Origin: Desulfocapsa sulfexigens DSM 10523
GTDB taxonomy: Bacteria; Desulfobacterota; Desulfobulbia; Desulfobulbales; Desulfocapsaceae
DNA: 32,000 nucleotides
Reading direction: 5' to 3'
Assembly (NCBI RefSeq): GCF_000341395.1
Contig: NC_020304.1
Location: 2,160,001 to 2,192,000 of the forward strand
Shown here: piece by piece, positions 28,412 through 32,000 of the stretch
How the letters are laid out: the number at the start of each line of letters is the position of its first letter
Position numbering within the stretch: the first letter of the stretch is position 1
The notes under the pieces: generated by a model
Seen by the model: the letters and a program-made list of their open reading frames with translations, nothing else
Database searches by the model: none
What the model was told of the DNA's origin: nothing
Position numbers and translations under genes: made by a program

Positions 28412-28593
28412 CCTGCACACTGTGTGTGGCAGTCTGCAGGTTAATTTCCTGAGGGGTTGTACCAGAAGAAATGTGATGGTATAGTTTCTTCTGCAGAGGC
28501 ATGCGGGCTGTGTGTGGCAGCCTGCATGCCAATCTGGCCGAAAGTTGTTTTTGGCCCTGCATATCATTTGGGAAAGGTGTGCGGAGCCAAAAA
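28410..28593 (+). promoter_or_regulatory. Structured leader upstream of nhaD-like gene (multiple inverted repeats)
   Basis: 33-nt hairpin AACCTGCAcACTG-TGTGTGG-CAGTcTGCAGGTT (28410-28442); CAGAAGAAA/TTTCTTCTG (28463-28493); 33-nt hairpin GGCATGCgGGCTG... i.e. GGCATGCGGGCTG-TGTGTGG-CAGCCTGCATGCC (28498-28530); TTTTTGGC/GCCAAAAA (28548-28593). Confidence 0.7.
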
Positions 28594-28682
28594 TAATAAC
28601 CATGGCGGATTATACAGAACTCTACAAAGGCATTATCTGTCAGGATTCATTCAAAGAGTGTGTAAAGGGAGGAAGTGTTTTG

Positions 28683-30113
28683 ATGAAAGTATTTTATAGA
28701 TTGTTGTTACCACTTTTGGTGGTTCCTGGCATTCCGGGACTTGCGATGGCAGCGGGTGCTGCGGGAGGGGATTATATTGATCTCACCACCAGTTGGGTGG
28801 GGTATGCCTCGCTGCTGATTTTTGTAGTAGCATACGGCTTTGTCATGGCTGAAGAGTATACCCATATGCGGAAGTCCAAGCCTGTTCTACTTGCAGCAGG
28901 AATAATTTGGGGAATCATCGGTTGGGTTTATGCCAGTCACGGATTTACCCATGCTGCAGAGATGGCAGTACGACACAATATTCTTGAATACGCCGAACTC
29001 TTTCTCTTTCTCCTGGTGGCTATGACCTATATCAACGCCATGGAGGAGCGGCAGATCTTTGAAGCCCTGCGGGTTAGACTGGTCTGTGCCGGATTTTCTC
29101 TGCGCAAGATATTCTGGCTCACGGGTGTTCTTGCATTCTTTATCTCACCGGTTGCTGATAACCTGACTACCGCCCTCCTTATGTGCGCAGTCGTTATGGC
29201 CATTGGCAAAGATAATGTGAAGTTTGTCAGTCTTGCCTGTATAAATATTGTAGTTGCTGCAAATGCTGGTGGTGCCTTCAGTCCTTTTGGCGATATTACC
29301 ACCCTCATGGTGTGGCAGAAAGGTATCGTCAGCTTCGGAACCTTTTTCAACCTCTTCATACCATCCGTGGTGAACTGGCTGGTTCCCGCTGTAATTATGA
29401 GTTTTGCTGTGCCAAAAATCCAACCCGAGACATGTGAAATCAATGTCAAACTGAAACGTGGCTCTTATGTGGTTATGGGGCTCTTTCTTCTTACCATTTG
29501 CACCGCCGTATGTTTCCATAACTTTCTCCATCTGCCACCTATGATGGGAATGATGACAGGACTTGCATATCTCAAATTGTATGGTTTTTATCTGAAGAAA
29601 ACGCATAAAACCAAGGGGCAGCAATACCGAAGAAGGCAAGGGGAGGAAGATGAACAGATTGGCGATATTGTGGCCTTTGATGTGTTCAGAAATATTGCCC
29701 GGGCCGAGTGGGACACCCTGATGTTTTTCTACGGTGTCATTCTCTGTGTTGGTGGTCTTGGGTTTATCGGTTATCTGGCCGTGGTCTCCAAAATAATGTA
29801 TATCAGTTGGGGAGCGACAAGTGCTAATATCCTGGTCGGTTTTCTTTCCGCCATTGTTGACAACATCCCTGTAATGTTTGCAGTGCTCTCCATGCAACCT
29901 GATATGTCCATGGGACAGTGGTTGCTGGTGACTCTTACTGCTGGAGTCGGTGGTAGTATGCTCTCCATCGGTTCCGCTGCCGGTGTGGCCCTTATGGGAC
30001 AGGCCCGCGGAATGTATACCTTTGGTGGACATTTGAAATGGGCGCCAGCAATCGCCCTTGGCTATTTTGCCAGCATCGCAGTTCATTTCTTTGTCAACAG
30101 TCGCTTTTTCTGA
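28683..30113 (+). CDS. NhaD-like Na+/H+ antiporter (ArsB/NhaD superfamily)
   Basis: SD GGGAGGAAG before ATG 28683 followed by signal-like N-terminus; ISPVADNLTTALLMCAVVMAI, NIVVAANAGGAFSPFGDITTLMVWQKG, GFLSAIVDNIPVMFAVLSM. The track ORF opens at 28512 but that extension runs through the hairpin region. Confidence 0.9.
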   Translation: MKVFYRLLLPLLVVPGIPGLAMAAGAAGGDYIDLTTSWVGYASLLIFVVAYGFVMAEEYTHMRKSKPVLLAAGIIWGIIGWVYASHGFTHAAEMAVRHNILEYAELFLFLLVAMTYINAMEERQIFEALRVRLVCAGFSLRKIFWLTGVLAFFISPVADNLTTALLMCAVVMAIGKDNVKFVSLACINIVVAANAGGAFSPFGDITTLMVWQKGIVSFGTFFNLFIPSVVNWLVPAVIMSFAVPKIQPETCEINVKLKRGSYVVMGLFLLTICTAVCFHNFLHLPPMMGMMTGLAYLKLYGFYLKKTHKTKGQQYRRRQGEEDEQIGDIVAFDVFRNIARAEWDTLMFFYGVILCVGGLGFIGYLAVVSKIMYISWGATSANILVGFLSAIVDNIPVMFAVLSMQPDMSMGQWLLVTLTAGVGGSMLSIGSAAGVALMGQARGMYTFGGHLKWAPAIALGYFASIAVHFFVNSRFF

Positions 30114-30290
30114 TAAGGAGCTATTGAAGAAACGCCTTCACCTTCTACCCGGTTACATCGATGTATTTTCGTGGTCGGGTAGATTAGCGTCGAAAGAGGA
30201 GTTCATATTCAGGAACCTCAAAAAAAGTACCTTTAGTTTCACATTGAAACGGAGCAGAATCTTCTGCCCCTCTGATATCATGTGTGAAAA

Positions 30291-31703
30291 ATGAAGATAG
30301 AGTCAGTACTTCAAAGCGTATCCGTATTTGGTGAGTTGCTAAATGGTATTCCACATGGGATTGCTATTTTGGGAACTGATCTCTGCATCTTGACGATGAA
30401 TCGCTATCTTGAGGCGATGACAGGGTACAGTACCGATGAAGCCAGGGGTGTTTACGGCGATTTTATCCTGCGAACAAACCTTGGTATCAAAAATCAAATA
30501 TGTGCCGAAGTGTTGAAAAGTGGCGAATCAGTTTCAATTGATGGAAATATTATCAATCGTCGTCGTAAGAAAATTCCTGTTCATTTCACTATAAGCCGTC
30601 TTCATGATGGTGAAGGTCAGCCCTCCGGAGTGCTTTTTGTTCTGGAAGACAGCTCGGTGGTAAAGGTTGAAGAATTAAGCCATCGGGAGCAATCCATCCG
30701 CTCTAAAATTCTCGGCCACAGCTCACAGATGGAAAATGTCTTTGAACTGATGACCGTGCTTGCCCGCACCGATGCTTCGGTATTAATTACCGGTGAAACC
30801 GGAACCGGTAAGGATCTGATGGCTGAGGCACTTCACAAGTCGTCGCAACGGGCACGTCAACCTTTTATCAAGGTTAATTGTGGTGCTCTTCCCGAAGCCC
30901 TCCTTGAATCAGAACTTTTTGGCCATGTTAAAGGTGCCTTTACTGGCGCTGTCAATGAAACGGCCGGTATGTTTCGTCTGGCTCATCTGGGGACAATATT
31001 CCTCACGGAAATTGGTGATCTCTCCCTGCCTCTGCAGGTCAAACTGCTCTCTGTACTTGATGATAAGGAGTTTTTTCCCGTTGGGGGGAGTAAAAAAGTT
31101 AAGGTGGACGTCCGAATTATTGCCGCAACCCATAGATCGCTCCGAGAAGAAGTGCAGCAGGGACGTTTTCGCGAAGATCTTTTCTATCGTTTGAATGTTT
31201 TGTGTCTTCATTCTCCGCCACTTAGAGAACGTGATGGCGATATTCGACTTCTTTTAGACCATTTTTTACGTCAGTTCAATGCAAAACTTGGCCGGGAGGT
31301 GACAGATTTCAGCCCCGAGGCCATCGACTTTCTGAACCAGTATAGATACCCAGGAAATGTTCGTGAACTACGCAATATTGCCGAATACTCAGCTAATATC
31401 TGTCAGGGTAGGGTGGTTGAGGTAAAAGACCTGCCAGCCTACCTCTTTCGGCCGGCGGTGAATCCTGAAATGAAAAGCAGTTCAGCTATGAGTCATCCGT
31501 TAGTGCAAAGAGAAGAGGCTGTGGCAGCGCGGGTAACAGTGCCGGCAGGTGGAACAACACCCGGAGGCTGGGTAGATGTGGAAAAAGAAATGATACTGGA
31601 TGCTCTGCGTAGCAGTGGTGGTAATAGATCGAAAGCATCTGAAATTTTGGGTTGGGGACGGACGACACTCTGGAGAAAACTAAAAAAGTATAAGATGGCT
31701 TAG
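30291..31703 (+). CDS. PAS-domain sigma-54-dependent transcriptional activator (AAA+, Fis-type HTH)
   Basis: N-terminal PAS; AAA+ GETGTGKD, GAFTGA, GTIFLTEIGDLSLPLQVKLLSVL; C-terminal EMILDALRSSGGNRSKASEILGWGRTTLWRKLKKY. No N-terminal receiver domain. Confidence 0.95.
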   Translation: MKIESVLQSVSVFGELLNGIPHGIAILGTDLCILTMNRYLEAMTGYSTDEARGVYGDFILRTNLGIKNQICAEVLKSGESVSIDGNIINRRRKKIPVHFTISRLHDGEGQPSGVLFVLEDSSVVKVEELSHREQSIRSKILGHSSQMENVFELMTVLARTDASVLITGETGTGKDLMAEALHKSSQRARQPFIKVNCGALPEALLESELFGHVKGAFTGAVNETAGMFRLAHLGTIFLTEIGDLSLPLQVKLLSVLDDKEFFPVGGSKKVKVDVRIIAATHRSLREEVQQGRFREDLFYRLNVLCLHSPPLRERDGDIRLLLDHFLRQFNAKLGREVTDFSPEAIDFLNQYRYPGNVRELRNIAEYSANICQGRVVEVKDLPAYLFRPAVNPEMKSSSAMSHPLVQREEAVAARVTVPAGGTTPGGWVDVEKEMILDALRSSGGNRSKASEILGWGRTTLWRKLKKYKMA

Positions 31704-31720
31704 AGGGGGAGAAGAGGGAT

Positions 31721-32000
31721 ATGAAGATTATGATTACAACCCGTGGCGATTTTGTCTCCCCACGTTTTGATTCGAGTTCAGAGGTGCTGATCGCAAGTTA
31801 TTACGATCAACAATTAATGGAGGAACCGCGCTCTTTACTTCTGAGTAATGTCTCTGCTGAGATACTCTGTGATCTTGCCTTGAAAGAGAATGTTGCCATC
31901 GTTGTGTGTGGGGGGATTGAGGAGGAGCATTACCAGTTTCTAACCTGGAAAAAAATAGTAGTAATCGATTCAGTGATCGGGCCCCATGAAGCAGTACTGG
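31721..32000 (+). CDS. NifX/NifB-C-terminal-like (dinitrogenase Fe-Mo cofactor domain-type) protein, truncated at right edge
   Basis: Manual translation: MKIMITTRGDFVSPRFDSSSEVLIASYYDQQLMEEPRSLLLSNVSAEILCDLALKENVAIVVCGGIEEEHYQFLTWKKIVVIDSVIGPHEAVL..., open to edge; RBS-like GAGAAGAGGG. Confidence 0.6.
   Translation, partial: MKIMITTRGDFVSPRFDSSSEVLIASYYDQQLMEEPRSLLLSNVSAEILCDLALKENVAIVVCGGIEEEHYQFLTWKKIVVIDSVIGPHEAVL

Noticed and set aside
28512-28682. N-terminal extension of the NhaD ORF in the ORF track
   Set aside because: The extension (MWQPACQSGRK...) runs through the hairpin region and lacks membrane-protein character; ATG 28683 has a strong SD and is followed by a signal-like hydrophobic start.
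29145-30086. 313-aa minus-strand ORF
   Set aside because: Fully antisense to the nhaD-like gene, with a His/Gly/Thr-rich composition typical of shadow ORFs and no recognisable domain.

Overview
The window looks like a housekeeping region of a deltaproteobacterial-type (Desulfobulbales-like, inferred) chromosome. In order it carries: a truncated TauE/SafE permease at the left edge (minus); an ExeA/GspA-like AAA ATPase with a C-terminal SPOR domain; tRNA-Ala(GGC); a rod-shape/elongasome operon (mreB-mreC-mreD-PBP2-rodA); small membrane proteins; a TrkA-type K+ channel; a C-terminal J-domain protein; hemH; an HPF-like/cold-shock fusion; nadA; polA; gltA; thiE plus a Cys-rich protein; hflK/hflC; and a rhomboid protease. 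From about 24.35 kb to the right edge there is a co-directional signalling/ion-transport cluster: degenerate cytidylate-kinase-like domain + receiver, stand-alone receiver, CBS pair, SLC13-type permease, a roughly 320-nt structured leader, NhaD-like antiporter, PAS-sigma54 activator, and a NifX/NifB-like small protein. This cluster is the best candidate for a poorly described system. It has a candidate -24/-12 promoter upstream and two similar 33-nt hairpins with a shared TGTGTGG loop before nhaD. No CRISPR array, transposase, prophage or rRNA was recognised.
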